Positions 36,030 through 47,281 of a DNA stretch of 64,000 bases are shown in pieces. Numbering within the stretch: the stretch's first letter is position 1; every line of letters starts with the position of its first letter. The position numbers and the translations under genes were made by a program. The notes beneath the pieces are model-generated. The model ran no database searches, was not told the origin of the DNA, and saw only the letters and a list, made by a program, of their open reading frames with translations. This DNA comes from Chlorokybus atmophyticus. Lineage: Eukaryota > Plantae > Mesostigma and Chlorokybus algae. The stretch spans positions 322,505-386,504 of the forward strand of contig RHPI01001517.1 of NCBI GenBank assembly GCA_009103225.1, given 5' to 3'.

Positions 36030-36640
36030 CCCGCAATGTGTACTACAGTATGCGCAAAGGGGGCAGTGAGGCCGAGCACTTGCAGCAAGTGGCATGCCGT
36101 ACTTTCTCTCTACATTGCCACCGGCATTGCATCCGCTTGCCTGTGGAGTGGTTATCACGTAAACTCAGCGAGGAGGCGGACGCGCTCTTCAAAGTACCGG
36201 ATGTAAACGGTCGGACCTTGCAAACCCCATGGGTCCGCTTGCTCGCTCACAAGTTGGGCCCCTTTGATGTGGACCGCTTTACCATGGATGCCGACACCGT
36301 GTGTGTGGCCTTCAACTCAGCATTGCCATGTCCGAGCTCATCCGGCAATGCCTTTTATCGTAACTGGAGTAATTGCAACAACTGGTGCCATCCCCCACCA
36401 CACCAGGTCGGCGCTATTATGCGTCATGCCCGCGAATGCAAGGCTCGCATATGCCTCATTGTACCCAAGTGGACAACCCAAACTTGGTGGCCCGTGCTCT
36501 GCCCCGACGGTGTGTGGGCACCATTTGTCACAGACGTTGTGAGCCTGCCTAAAGGCCCAGCCTGTTTATGGCCCGCAAGTCACGGTACTTCAAGGGGGCT
36601 TGCCCGACAAGCGTATATGGGCATTGCGGATTGACTTGCG
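36030..36640 (+). pseudogene. DIRS-A DNA N6-adenine methyltransferase-like domain
   Basis: GPFDVDRF...FNS...AF..NW...NWCHPP...LIVPKW..QTWWPVL, in the position DIRS MT domains normally occupy after RH. Confidence 0.8.
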
Positions 36641-36719
36641 TCTTGGCCATTAACACGTGCTGTGTGCAGCTTCTATTAAGCGTAGCTCACAGTTGCTCAT
36701 GCCCAACGCCCCCGGAGAC

Positions 36720-37640
36720 TACGAGATTGAGCGCATGCGCACCTTAACCCAGCAATGGCAGCATCGTCACGTGTTACTAGCACCCAGCGGGGCCATGATG
36801 GCTACTAGCGACGCTTTGTGGAGTTCTGCACGCCTCGTGCTTGAGCTGCCCTGCCAGCAGACCCTGGCATAGTGGCCCTGTTTTTGATTAAGATTAAGAT
36901 TAAGGTGTCGGTGGATTCCACCACCCCGGCACCTGTGAAACATGTCTCTTCGGCCATACATGCTGCTCATACTATGGCAGGCCACGCCTCTCCCACTGCG
37001 CACTCGTTGCGGTGGTGCGTGAGGCCGCTGCGAGGCTGCTACCATCAATCACGCGAAAGAAGGACGCCTACACGTATGAGCTGTTGCGAGCCATGGTCTC
37101 GCACTTTGCACGCAACGGGTTGGACTTGGTGGCCAGGTTGCAAATGGTGGCGGTGCTGCTGCGGTTTGCGGGTATGATGCGGTATTCCGACCTGGTGGAG
37201 GTCAACGCGCAAGACATTGAGTTTCGCCCAAGCCGCATGGATCTCATTATCTCGCGCAGCAAAACCAATCAACACGGTGTGGGCGCCACAGTGCACATAG
37301 TTGCTGTGGGCGGTTACTTGTGCCTGGTGATGAACACCGAAAAGTTGTTATTTGCCTCGAGACATTGGCACGCGGGACCAGGCAAGTTGCTGCGCTCCAT
37401 CATCCGAGCAGGGGGGACGTGCTTTATATGCAACACTGTGGTGCCATACGGCACTATTTTTGGTTGGGAGAAGGCAGCCATTAAGGCGGCAGGGGAGGAC
37501 CCCACGTGTTTTGGCTCACGCTCTGTTCATTCGGGAGCTGCGACCCTAGCCGTGAAGGCTGGTGTGCCCCAACTTCTGCGGCAGCAGTTTGGGCGCTGAA
37601 AGACTGCCACTACAGCTGAGAGCTATGTGCGCGCTGCTTT
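36720..37640 (+). pseudogene. DIRS-A tyrosine recombinase
   Basis: LRFAGMMRYSDL, SRSKTNQ, RSVHSGAAT (degenerate HSxR), GR*K...AESYVR containing the catalytic Tyr. Confidence 0.9.
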
Positions 37641-37714
37641 GCCTGAGTTGCACACACACTGACGAGGAGCCTCGGTTTGGGTGGTACGTGCCCTCACTAT
37701 TTATATACATACAG

Positions 37715-37791
37715 TATCGACCCATAGTGACCCCCCAGCATGAGCTGTGTGTCGCATATAACTTGTGTGTGAGTTATATGAGTTCAAGCGC
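37715..37791 (+). repeat. DIRS internal complementary region (ICR)
   Basis: Reverse complement of the element 5' end (14948-15010) joined at 37775/37776 to the reverse complement of the 3' end (ATATGAGTTCA). Confidence 0.88.
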
Positions 37792-38921
37792 GGCGTGGAA
37801 GGCTCCGTTATGGATTCAAGCTCGTGTCAAAAAATAGAACCACCCGCCTCCTTGACGTCGACTATGTCACACCGTTTTTCTCCTTCTTTTATTGGGCCTG
37901 CGAGGGGGAGGCGCCACGAGAAGCTCAAGAGCTACCAGTGGTAGAACCTGAAGAGAGCAGCTGCATTGACCCGCGATTATTTGCAGCAGCCAAAGTTGCA
38001 AATGTCAATGGCGGAGGAGGCCCCTGCAAGTTGTGTGCAAGCGACGTCGTTGCGGATGGTGTCCTGTGCATTACTTCGCAGCGAGGAAGCCACAATAGGA
38101 GCAGCCTACTTATTATGCAGGTGCAGTTATTTATTCATGAATGATCAGGCGTGTCTGACCTATTGTTGCATACACAGCAGCTGCCCTCAATTGCTTGTCG
38201 GGTGCTATATGCTTGCCACTGACTTTCCGCATGAAGCATAGTCGTAACCCACCTCGGCAGAGACGCCTCATAGCCGGTGAGGTAAGAGGTGTCGGGAAAG
38301 AGAGTAAACGTGGGCCTCAACAGGGTGGGAGCAGCAAGCTGCTAGTGAGGTGAGGGGCGTGGGGACTGGTGAGAAGGGGGGGGCGCCTAAGCGCGCCGCA
38401 TGCCTCAAAGGGGAGGGAACAGAGATTGTGATGCTAGCGAAGCCTGCGCCACTACCACAAGACCAGCTCCAGAGCATCGTTTTAGCAGTGCGCCGGGAGC
38501 GTGAGAACTCACACACAGCTCATGCTTGGGGGTCGCTATGGGTCGAGCACGGTGGCTATGCCCAGCACCCAAGTGCATTACAATACAAATGTACAAGTGT
38601 ACAAATATAGCTGATTTATACACAATTTTGCACTAGGGCGAGGCTATAACTATGGGAACTACTTCTTCACGCCAGGTGCAAAAGTTACGCGCTTCGTCGG
38701 TCTTCGACTCGTTGATGGCGCCATTGCTGCCGATGCCGGGGTCGAAGCTTGAGAAGCTTATACACTTGTAAAGTATACCACCCTCGCCAAGGATGGCGCC
38801 GTCGCGCTAGGGTTTTAAGTGATTAGATAAGGAGCTTGTGACTCACAATCCACATCTAGTGAGTGCGTGTGCCCCCAAGTGCCCAAGGCACTAGGGGCAC
38901 AAGAGTCTCATAACTCATTGA

Positions 38922-41211
38922 CGAGAACTAGTGATGCGCCTAGTGTGTGTGTATTTGCCTCTTACATACAAGTGTGCACACACCAAGGACAAGTGCAGCA
39001 AGCACGCCAACTATAGAGACAATGTGCGACCCATTGTATTAAGCAGTATACAGTGTGTTATATACTATGCTACTAAGCACTAGTCAACTCTAATTAACTC
39101 TGATCAAAGTCAACACTAGTCAACACCAGTTAATGGCCAAAGTCAATGGTCAAAGTCAAAGTTGATCAACTTGAACTTTGACCATAAAAAACCATAACTG
39201 CCGTAACTCCCTTAACTCCCGTAACCACAAAAGTTAAGCTGATCGTACCAACTATATGTGTAGGCGCCGCCTATACGTGTACTTTCAACAAGCTATAACA
39301 ATCAACACTCCCACACGAGCAGCTTGACCTGGAGCTCTAAGTTTTTCTTGCAAGCTTACCCACATTAACTTACTCCTTTGAACACTCCCACGGTCTTGAT
39401 GCTTGTCTGCATAACACCATCCTTCTCCTCGTGCTACCAGCGAGATTACAAGGTTCCAGTACTCCTTGTTTTCTCCTTATAGTTGTCACATCAGGTTTCA
39501 CAACGCCACGCCTGATCTTGCTCAGGTGCTTTTGAAGACTCTCTCAATGGCAAACTCTGCTATAAACTTCGCTGAGTTTCCTACCGCAGCAATGCTGTAC
39601 CAGAGTGTAGGCCGTACAAGGGTTGATCAGACCCTTCTACCAAAGAGAGCGCCCCTCCCATCTCCTGTTAGCTAGCTATACAACTCAGTCCTTGCATACC
39701 AATCAAGTGAAGTGTTCTAACCAGTACCGCACACCTGTGTGCTACCCAAAACAAGCAACTCCACAGCAATGCAACCTCTAGTGTATGCAGCTCAACACCA
39801 GCAACTACTCATAGGCTAGCAGTAACTGTCGCAAACCTTTGTGTCTGTGACCTCCGTCTACGCATGTCCTTCGCGCACCCTTGCAGTGGGAGAGGACGGA
39901 CGAAAACCTTCCACTGCAACTCCTTGGGATCCTCACTAATGCTAGAAAGCAATCGCCATTGTGGCGTGCTCCTCCTTGGTTGCCTCATTGTGGATCCTCG
40001 TCTGGCACTCGCAAATGAAGTGGCCCTTCATCTTGCAGTAGTGACACTCTTTGTCACGTGATGGCTTCCCACCACCTGCTTTGCTCCTGCTTTGTGTGTG
40101 TTGAGAAGATGAGGCAGCAAGTGCGATAGCTTCTCCACCATTCTCTATCTCCTGAACATCCAACTTGCCTTCCACAGCTAGTAGCTTAGGCACTACATCA
40201 GCAAACTTTAAAACCACATCTGAGGACTCCAACACAGTCACTAGTGTAGCAAAGCTCTTTCCTAAGCCAGCTAAAACTGCCCACATCACCTCCTCTTCCT
40301 TCACATCGTGGCCCACTGCTATAAGGTCTTGCCAAAGCTCCCTTGCACGCAAGATGTACTTCTGGATTGGCACTTTGTGCTCCATTTTCAGCAGTGTCAG
40401 CTTGCGTCTTAGCTGCAACTTGCGCGAGTTGCTGTTGGCCTTGAAGAGGGTGTTGAAGACCTCCCACGCCTTACGTTCAGTCTTGCAATGCGCAATAAGA
40501 GGGAGATGGAAGTCTTTGATGTGCAAGCCTACCAGCGCAAATGCTGATTGTGATTTCTCTGTCCAGGTGCCAGCGTCACCTGTTCTTGGCCGCAATAATG
40601 TGGAGGAGGTGGGGTCGACAAAACTCCAGAGCTTCTTGCAGATCAGCACCAATTTCATCTTTAGCGACCATGAAGCGTAGTTGTGTGGATTAAGGGACTC
40701 AATGGGCATCCTATCTGTGTCAGCCATTGCTTGCTACACAACAGTACAACTCACCCTCTCCCCAAGAACACTCTACTAGTAGGCGCCTATGCTCAACACT
40801 CTCTCTCACTAGCACAAGCAATCACACAAGCGAGTGCGGGCCCATAACCTGTTGAGAACTAGTGTTGCGCCTATTGTGTGTGTATTTGCCTCTTATGTAC
40901 AAGTGTGCACACACCAAAGACAAGTGCAGCAAGCACGCCAACTATAGTGACAATGTGCGACCCACTGTGTTAAGCGGTATACAATGTCCTATATACTATG
41001 CTACTAAGCACTAGTCCACTCTAGTCAACTCAAGTCAAAGTTAACACTAGTCAACACTAGTCAATGGCCAAAGGCAACGGTCAAAGTCAAAATTGACCAT
41101 GGTTGACCATAATTGCCATAACTCCCGTAACCATAAAGGTTAAGCTAATTGTACCAACTACATGTAGGCGCCGCCTATACATGTACTTTCAACAAGCTAT
41201 AACATTTAACA
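38922..41211 (-). mobile_element. Gag-only copia (TR-GAG-like), family 1, copy 1
   Basis: LTRs ~38922-39307 (outer end clipped) and 40850-41211; PBS GGTTATGGGCCCGC 40836-40849; PPT ~39308-39316; the internal region encodes only gag. Confidence 0.92.
39942..40727 (-). CDS. gag: Intact 261-aa copia-type Gag
   Basis: ATG to stop; NYASWSLKMKLVL, RKLQLRRKL, CHYCKMKGHFICEC. Confidence 0.9.
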   Translation of the reverse strand: MADTDRMPIESLNPHNYASWSLKMKLVLICKKLWSFVDPTSSTLLRPRTGDAGTWTEKSQSAFALVGLHIKDFHLPLIAHCKTERKAWEVFNTLFKANSNSRKLQLRRKLTLLKMEHKVPIQKYILRARELWQDLIAVGHDVKEEEVMWAVLAGLGKSFATLVTVLESSDVVLKFADVVPKLLAVEGKLDVQEIENGGEAIALAASSSQHTQSRSKAGGGKPSRDKECHYCKMKGHFICECQTRIHNEATKEEHATMAIAF

Positions 41212-41419
41212 GTGATGCCCTTAGTGTGTGTATATGCGCCTCTCACATACACGTGTGCACACATTAAGGACAAGTGCAGTAGGTACGCCAACTACACCAA
41301 CAAGAAGTAAAACAAATACGAGGATGAGTGCAGTATCCCAAACTTGCTGCGACATAAACACCAATTTTCTTCCACGGACTTAGTCAGCATACCATCTTGT
41401 GGACCTCACCCCGCCTTTA

Positions 41420-41760
41420 GTGGCTATTTGGGGTTCATTTACAAAGTGTACAACTTTGGCTCGTTGCTATTTGGGTTGAGCACGACGTGTTTTGTATTAA
41501 AAAAAGTGATCAAGCAATTGGTGCCATTGGCGTGTACAAGGGTCCGCATGTTGCCATATATTACAGACTTCTTATTTGCTGCATATTCTAAGGTCAAGTA
41601 TGCCTCCACCCTAGTCGTGGTGGAAGGGGAAGCACATGCAGCATGGTGCGGGTTCGTGTTGAAGGTTAAGCATATAAGGTTTATTGGTATAGTATGCTTA
41701 TAGTACAATCAGCTTGTTGATGTTATCTAGACCATGTGCGGCGGTTAGGTTATGGGAGTA
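41420..41760 (+). pseudogene. DIRS RT fragment joined at ~41657 to a partial copia LTR (family 2)
   Basis: GYLGF..YKVYNF..LLFGLST...MLPYITDF, then TGTTGAAGGTTAAGCATAT. Confidence 0.7.
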
Positions 41761-42065
41761 AGGGAGGCGGCGGACCTCCATCATGCTAAACACTTTTTTA
41801 CAATAATGTACCCACCATAATGGAAATGAGGTGGCGGCTAAGGTAATTGCCAATCCCTTGTTGTGGGCTAGGTTACAAATAGTACTTTGCTAGGCGCCTT
41901 AGCTAAACTTCTACAATCACCTTCGCCTTGACAACTACGGTCAACTGCCGCTATGGCAATTATAGTCCACTACGGTCAACATTGACATTAACATTTGACT
42001 AGTGTTGCCTAGCACTCTTTAGTGTACCATATAGGACACTGGAACTTGTGCAATACAAATAAGAT

Positions 42066-42557
42066 ATATGAGTTCATGAAGCGCATGAAATGCGCGCTCA
42101 TGAACTCATTGATGAGTTATGAGACTCTTGTGCCCCTAGTGCCCTACGCACTTTGGGGGCACAAGCACGCACTAGGCGTGAGTTGTGTGTCATAAGCTCC
42201 GTAGCTAGTTGCTTAAAACCGTAGCATGGCGGCGCCATCCCTGGCGTGGGTGGCGAGTGTGCTTTGCTGTGCAGGTGTACAGGCTTCTTAGGCTTCAACC
42301 TCTGCATCAGCGGTAATGGCGCCGTCACTACATCGAAAGCTGAAGAAGCGCGTGACTTTTGCAACTTACGTGAAGAAATAGTTCCCATAGTTGTAGCCTA
42401 GCACCCTCGTGCAGACTTGTGTGTACATCAGCCTGTATCTATACACTTGTACATTTGTATTGTAATGCACTTAGATGCTGGGCATAGCCACCGTGCTATC
42501 GACCCATAGCGATCCCCCAGCATGAGCTGTATGTCGCATATAACTCGTGCATGAGTT
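42066..42557 (-). mobile_element. DIRS right-end fragment (B - spacer - inverted A)
   Basis: Reverse complement of 38506-38924, extending to the intact terminus ATATGAGTTC at 42066. Confidence 0.88.
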
Positions 42558-43400
42558 TGCTAGAGAGTTGTGGCACAAGTTTGCAGAGGTGCATAAGGTT
42601 AAAAACAATCCTAGGATGTTGCAGTTAAGGAAGCCATTGAATGCCCCAAGGAAAGATTTTGCTGAGCCTGTCCTCAATTTCATCTCGCGAGATAGGCAGC
42701 TGTGGGATGGCTTGTGTTGAAGGTTAAGCATATGAGGTTTGCTTGTATAGTATAGTCAACTTGTTGATGTTACTTGTACCATGTGCGGCGGTTACGCAAT
42801 TGGAGTTACAGTCAGTAGGAGTTATGAGAGTTACGAGAGTTACGGTCAACTTCAACTTTGACCATTGACTAGGGTTGACTTTTATTAGGGTTGACTAGTC
42901 TTTTCTAGTGTTGACTAGCTTAGTATGTAAGTCATTATATGTGGCGCATGCAGGTGGAACTGCATCAACAACATACTTCTCTTTGTTGTTGACATGCTAT
43001 TGCACTTGTTGTTCCCCTAGTGAGCGCATGTATAAGGTAGGGCGCATACATGCACACTAGTTCTTAACAACTTGCTCACCAGTGGCCATGATGTGAAGAA
43101 GGTGGATGTTATTTGGGCTATTCTTGCCGGCCTACCCAAAAATTCGAGATGACTGTCATCATTATGGAGTCATCTAGTGAGCAGCTCACCCCACGCCTAT
43201 TGCTAGTCGAGCAACGGGCATTCGCTTCACACCAAGATGAAGCCGAAGCTGTGACATTCGCTACACACTCCAACCCACGAGGCAACTATAACAATGGTGG
43301 AGGAAAGCAGCAGATGGAGACGCGCACTTGCCACTACTATAACACTAAAAAGCCACGGACACTGAATAGAGATTTTATGAAAATGCGGGCTCGCCAGCAC
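42558..43400 (+). pseudogene. gag: Copia-1-like gag fragment interrupted by a solo LTR
   Basis: Colinear with 27295-27740. Confidence 0.8.
42715..43069 (+). repeat. Solo LTR of gag-only copia family 2
   Basis: TG...CA; reverse complement of 49051-49440; TSD GCTTG/ACTTG. Confidence 0.88.
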
Positions 43401-43499
43401 ATTGCGCTGGCGGCCGCCATCGTTGTGCCTGCTCAACTCGTCAATAAACCCCACTTTACTAAAGGTCGCAACGAAAATGTGAATGGCGAGATTATTCCT

Positions 43500-44008
43500 T
43501 ATTGAGCATGACCATTTGCATAATCCCCCCTTGCTTCGGATTGTAGCCCGCCTTCACCCTAGGCTTGTGCTGCGCCGCCTCCTTGATCGCCATCTTACAG
43601 CGTTTGCCTTCGCGTCATTTGTACCCAGATCGTCTTTTGTGACCTCCTCCACCACCTTCCAACCATGCTTGTTGGCCACTTCTACATGGTGGAACTGCTG
43701 GCACACCTAGCCCAATATTGGTGCACAAAGCATACATGAGCAATGCTAGTTGCAGGCATTTATATAGAGGCTTAAAGCCATTGGCTTCAGCGTCAAATGC
43801 ACCCACATATACATCACTACTTGCCACTTACGCCAAGGATGGCGCCGCCGTGCTGGGATTTTAAGCAACCAGAGCTTGTGACTCGTAGCTCACATTTAGT
43901 GAGTGCTTGTGCCCCCAAGTGCTTAGGGCACTGGGGGCACAAGAGTCTTATAACTCATTGAGGAGTCCTTGATCTTATGGGCGCGCATCTCATGCGCTTC
44001 ATGAACTT
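43500..44008 (-). mobile_element. Internally deleted DIRS fragment (repeat A joined to mid-gag)
   Basis: A at ~43815-44008; gag-homologous VEVANKHGWKVVEE near 43650-43690. Confidence 0.75.
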
Positions 44009-44129
44009 ACATCTCTCTCACACCGCGTATACACTCACACGCGAGTGTATGCACGCCCGCTAAGTGAAGAAACTCACACACAAGTGTTACACAAGAACAA
44101 GCAACACGCCTTGATGTTGAAGATACTTA

Positions 44130-45270
44130 GCCCCCCCCCCCCTAAGTGGCCTCTCACCCAAACACCCCACTACAATGACCAAGCGAGCACGCACACCAAG
44201 GCAATGCCACTAACCCAAGCATTAATGTCTTGGCCTCTCATGCTAACTCACTTACTTACCCTTGTGAACGATCTACTCCTCATGGGTAGTGTGTGTCTCC
44301 ACCACTAGTACCTCCTTCGGACCTTGATGGAATTTGAGGCGGCCAACCAACTTGGCATGTAACTTTACATTCACCACTCACTTATTCACACCAATTGTCG
44401 AAAGAAGTTCTCACCTAGGTGTCATTAATGACATTGATAGGGAATCTCATGAATTTATCTCATATAACTTGTGCCACGACTTATGGCCACATAAGACACA
44501 CATCTTGGAGACAACTAGTGTACTACCAGCTGTTGTCGACATATTGTAGAGCCTTCTTGGATGTGGCGTAGCGGCTAAGTCCCGCCATTAATAGGAAGCG
44601 CGTTACCGCGCCCCTCAGTGTAACGCTTACTGTGCTAACAAGTACGCCGCATAACTACCGCGCGTGATTTGCCGCATAAGTGTAATTGCCGCACAACTTG
44701 GCACGTGATGCGGAGCCCACATGAGCCCGCGAGAATCCCAACTTGGAAACTGCTATATGTGGCGAAATTGTCGCATGCATTGCTAGTATTACAATCATGC
44801 GATGATGAATAACCAAATAATAATCAGGTATTCCACAATTACTTAACCAACACGTTGTTGGCAACAAGCACTTATGCTTATTAAGAGCATATTTAATGTA
44901 TGTACACTGCATATACACACATGTGTTTATCAAGCATTTTACCGTGAGTATGACTACTTGCAATACAAACGCAAACAACTTGTACATTGGTCTATTGTGT
45001 GGTTTAAGCACGCCCTAAATTAGCTCCGCACAATGATTTGCGCATCACATTAAGGGCAAAGGGTTATATGGTAACCCTTCCACCATAATGTCTTTAAACT
45101 CCCAAAGCAACTTTTGCACCTCATGGTGTTTCAGACCCTCCACACTAATGCCAACCAACTTTGAATATGACTCCAATGGTGTGTCATGTACCACGCACAG
45201 CCATACAGCCTTCACATTGTTCTTCGACTCCATCTGCTCCATTATTGTATTATTGCAATGTACATACATA
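44130..45270 (-). pseudogene. Old gypsy remnants (IN C-terminus with PPT; PR-RT linker)
   Basis: G-run PPT-like tract at 44130-44144; HHEVQKLLWEFKDIMVEGLP resembles TPELKTLLRDFADVLVEGLP of gypsy-3. Confidence 0.45.
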
Positions 45271-45389
45271 ACACCAGCTTTGTAGCCACCCCACTGAAGC
45301 CAACGGTGTCACATGGTTTTTGAGTTCATTGCAGCTGCCATTGCTAAATTGGCTCATGGTGGGCCGCTTGAGTGTGTGTGTAATAACTT

Positions 45390-45692
45390 TATTGAAATTG
45401 CACAGTAGCAGCAATGACAAGCACAAGTGTGGCGCCGACAATAGAGCAAAGGGGATCTTACTGTATTGCACAACATACAGTATCTTATATAATATACTAG
45501 CGAGTGCTAGTCAACACTAGTCAGCACTAGTCAACGGTCAAAGTTAAAGTCAATGGTTATAGTCGAAATTAAAGGTCAAAGTCAATGTTGACCATAGTGG
45601 ACTGTAACTCTCATAACAACTGACCGTAACTCCCAAGGTGAAGATGATTGTAGAAGTTTAGTTAAGGCGCATAACAAAGTACCTTTACCAAA
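45390..45692 (-). repeat. LTR of the copia-4 family (related piece at 41875-42060)
   Basis: Reverse complement of 57512-57830. Confidence 0.75.
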
Positions 45693-46039
45693 TGCTCATG
45701 TGGGTGTTTGATTACTCTTGCGCCACATGTATGTTCAAAAGCCATACCATAACAATACTGCATGTGTACACTCACTGCAGGGTTGAGCATGCCTTCACCA
45801 TAACCGTGTTGTGTACGGATGCGGCATAGTGTGTTGATATTCGAAAGCAAGGCATGGATGGTGCGCACCATCACTGCTTTGTTGGGTTTTGTGTGAGTAC
45901 ACGCGCAGGCATAATATGTGTCATTGGCAAGAAGCAAGATGCTTTGCAATGAGATCTCATAGTGCCCATTTATGTACCATGCACATCGCAGGTCGGCAGC
46001 TGCTGGCGAAGGCAATGTCGAGCCAAACATCAAGATGAA

Positions 46040-46560
46040 TGCGGATTTTATGATACCCACTTGTCAAGTCTAGTGTACCGAAGTACGCATTCCCGACAGT
46101 GCATCATAGGTATCAATTCGGGGTAACGGGTATCAATTCTTTATTGTGATCTTGGTTAAAGCACAATAATATACACACATGCGCAGCTTTTCATCTTTTT
46201 TATAATAAACAAGATGGGCGTGCCAAAGGGTGAATAACTCGGTTCAACTAATCCTTTTTCCAGCAACCCCTTAATCTCAGTTTCTATTTCCCCCTCTCTC
46301 GGGGACTCGGCCTCCATAAAGGCCGCAATGGAGGCTCAATCGGGAATGAGGTTATTGTGTGTCCGATACCTCCATCGGGAGGTAAGCCTAGCACCTCGTT
46401 TGAGAACACATATTGCTACTACCCAATGATATTTGCAACATCTTCTGTACTACCTGGCACAAAGTCGTCCGACAACGTCAAGTGTATGCAAAAAGCCGGT
46501 GTTGTTTTATGCAACACGCCTTTTACTTGCAGTACAGTGAGTAGCGTTGGGTCGGGCTGC
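46040..46560 (-). pseudogene. Gypsy-2-like RT N-terminal fragment
   Basis: Colinear with 20420-20945. Confidence 0.85.
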
Positions 46561-47281
46561 AACAACTTCACTGGCACATAGCACCTATCACCCAATGCGC
46601 GTTGCAAGTCTCTGAGCAAACCATTGCGCTTCTTACCGGGGACACAAACAATGCCAGCGTGTGTATCTCACACAAAGCTGAGGAAACCAATAATTTTGCT
46701 GAGTACAGTGTGTGCCTTGGCGTTGATCACTAGCCCTCACCATGCTGCAACTGCTTGCATCACATTCAGGGTGGAAGCATGTGCTGTCCGTGCACAAACA
46801 ACACAAAAGAAGTCATCGATGTATGGCAATACCCAGATGCCTTGCACACGCCAACGTTGCACCAAGCGCTTCATAACCTCTGTGAACACGAAGCAAGCCG
46901 TGCTCAACCCAAATGGCAACGAGCAAATGTTGTACACTTTGCCCGCAACTGAGAACCCCAAGTAGCCCCAAAAGACGGGGTAAATGTCCCCATAAAAAAA
47001 AAAAAAAAAGAAAAAAATTGGTATGAAGACTTTAAGTCCATGGAGAACAACCAATTCTCGGGTTGTAGCAAGTCTGAGATGCTGCGCACATCTTCATACA
47101 CGAACGGGATGTTCACCAAATAGGAGTTGACATAGCGCAAGTCCATGATGAGGCGCAATTTGCGGCCATCGTCTGCCACATTGAGTGGGCTCACCACGAG
47201 AGGGGGTGTGACACACTCTTGTGCAGCCCCACTGTGCACCAAGTTCGCAATGGCCGCTATAATGAAGTCCACAAACTCATA

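Larger units (their letters stand above)
34099..36030 (+). pseudogene. pol: DIRS-A RT and RNase H; RT interrupted by the TRIM just before PYIDDF
   Basis: KLRLIMDLRYVN, LPFGLSTA, QGIRVL|PYIDDF, FLGFVWDT, FVDASGTGWG, SSTHRELL. Confidence 0.92.
14948..38924 (+). mobile_element. DIRS-A: tyrosine-recombinase retrotransposon (~6.6 kb without nested insertions)
   Basis: Termini B (14948-15108) and A (15109-15310); gag split by gypsy-3; RT split by the TRIM; RH, MT-like and YR domains; ICR 37715-37791; B copy 38506-38640; inverted A 38776-38924, truncated. Confidence 0.92.

Noticed and set aside
45662-46060. 132-aa ORF as a second tyrosine recombinase
   Set aside because: No convincing R, HxxR or Y catalytic motifs.
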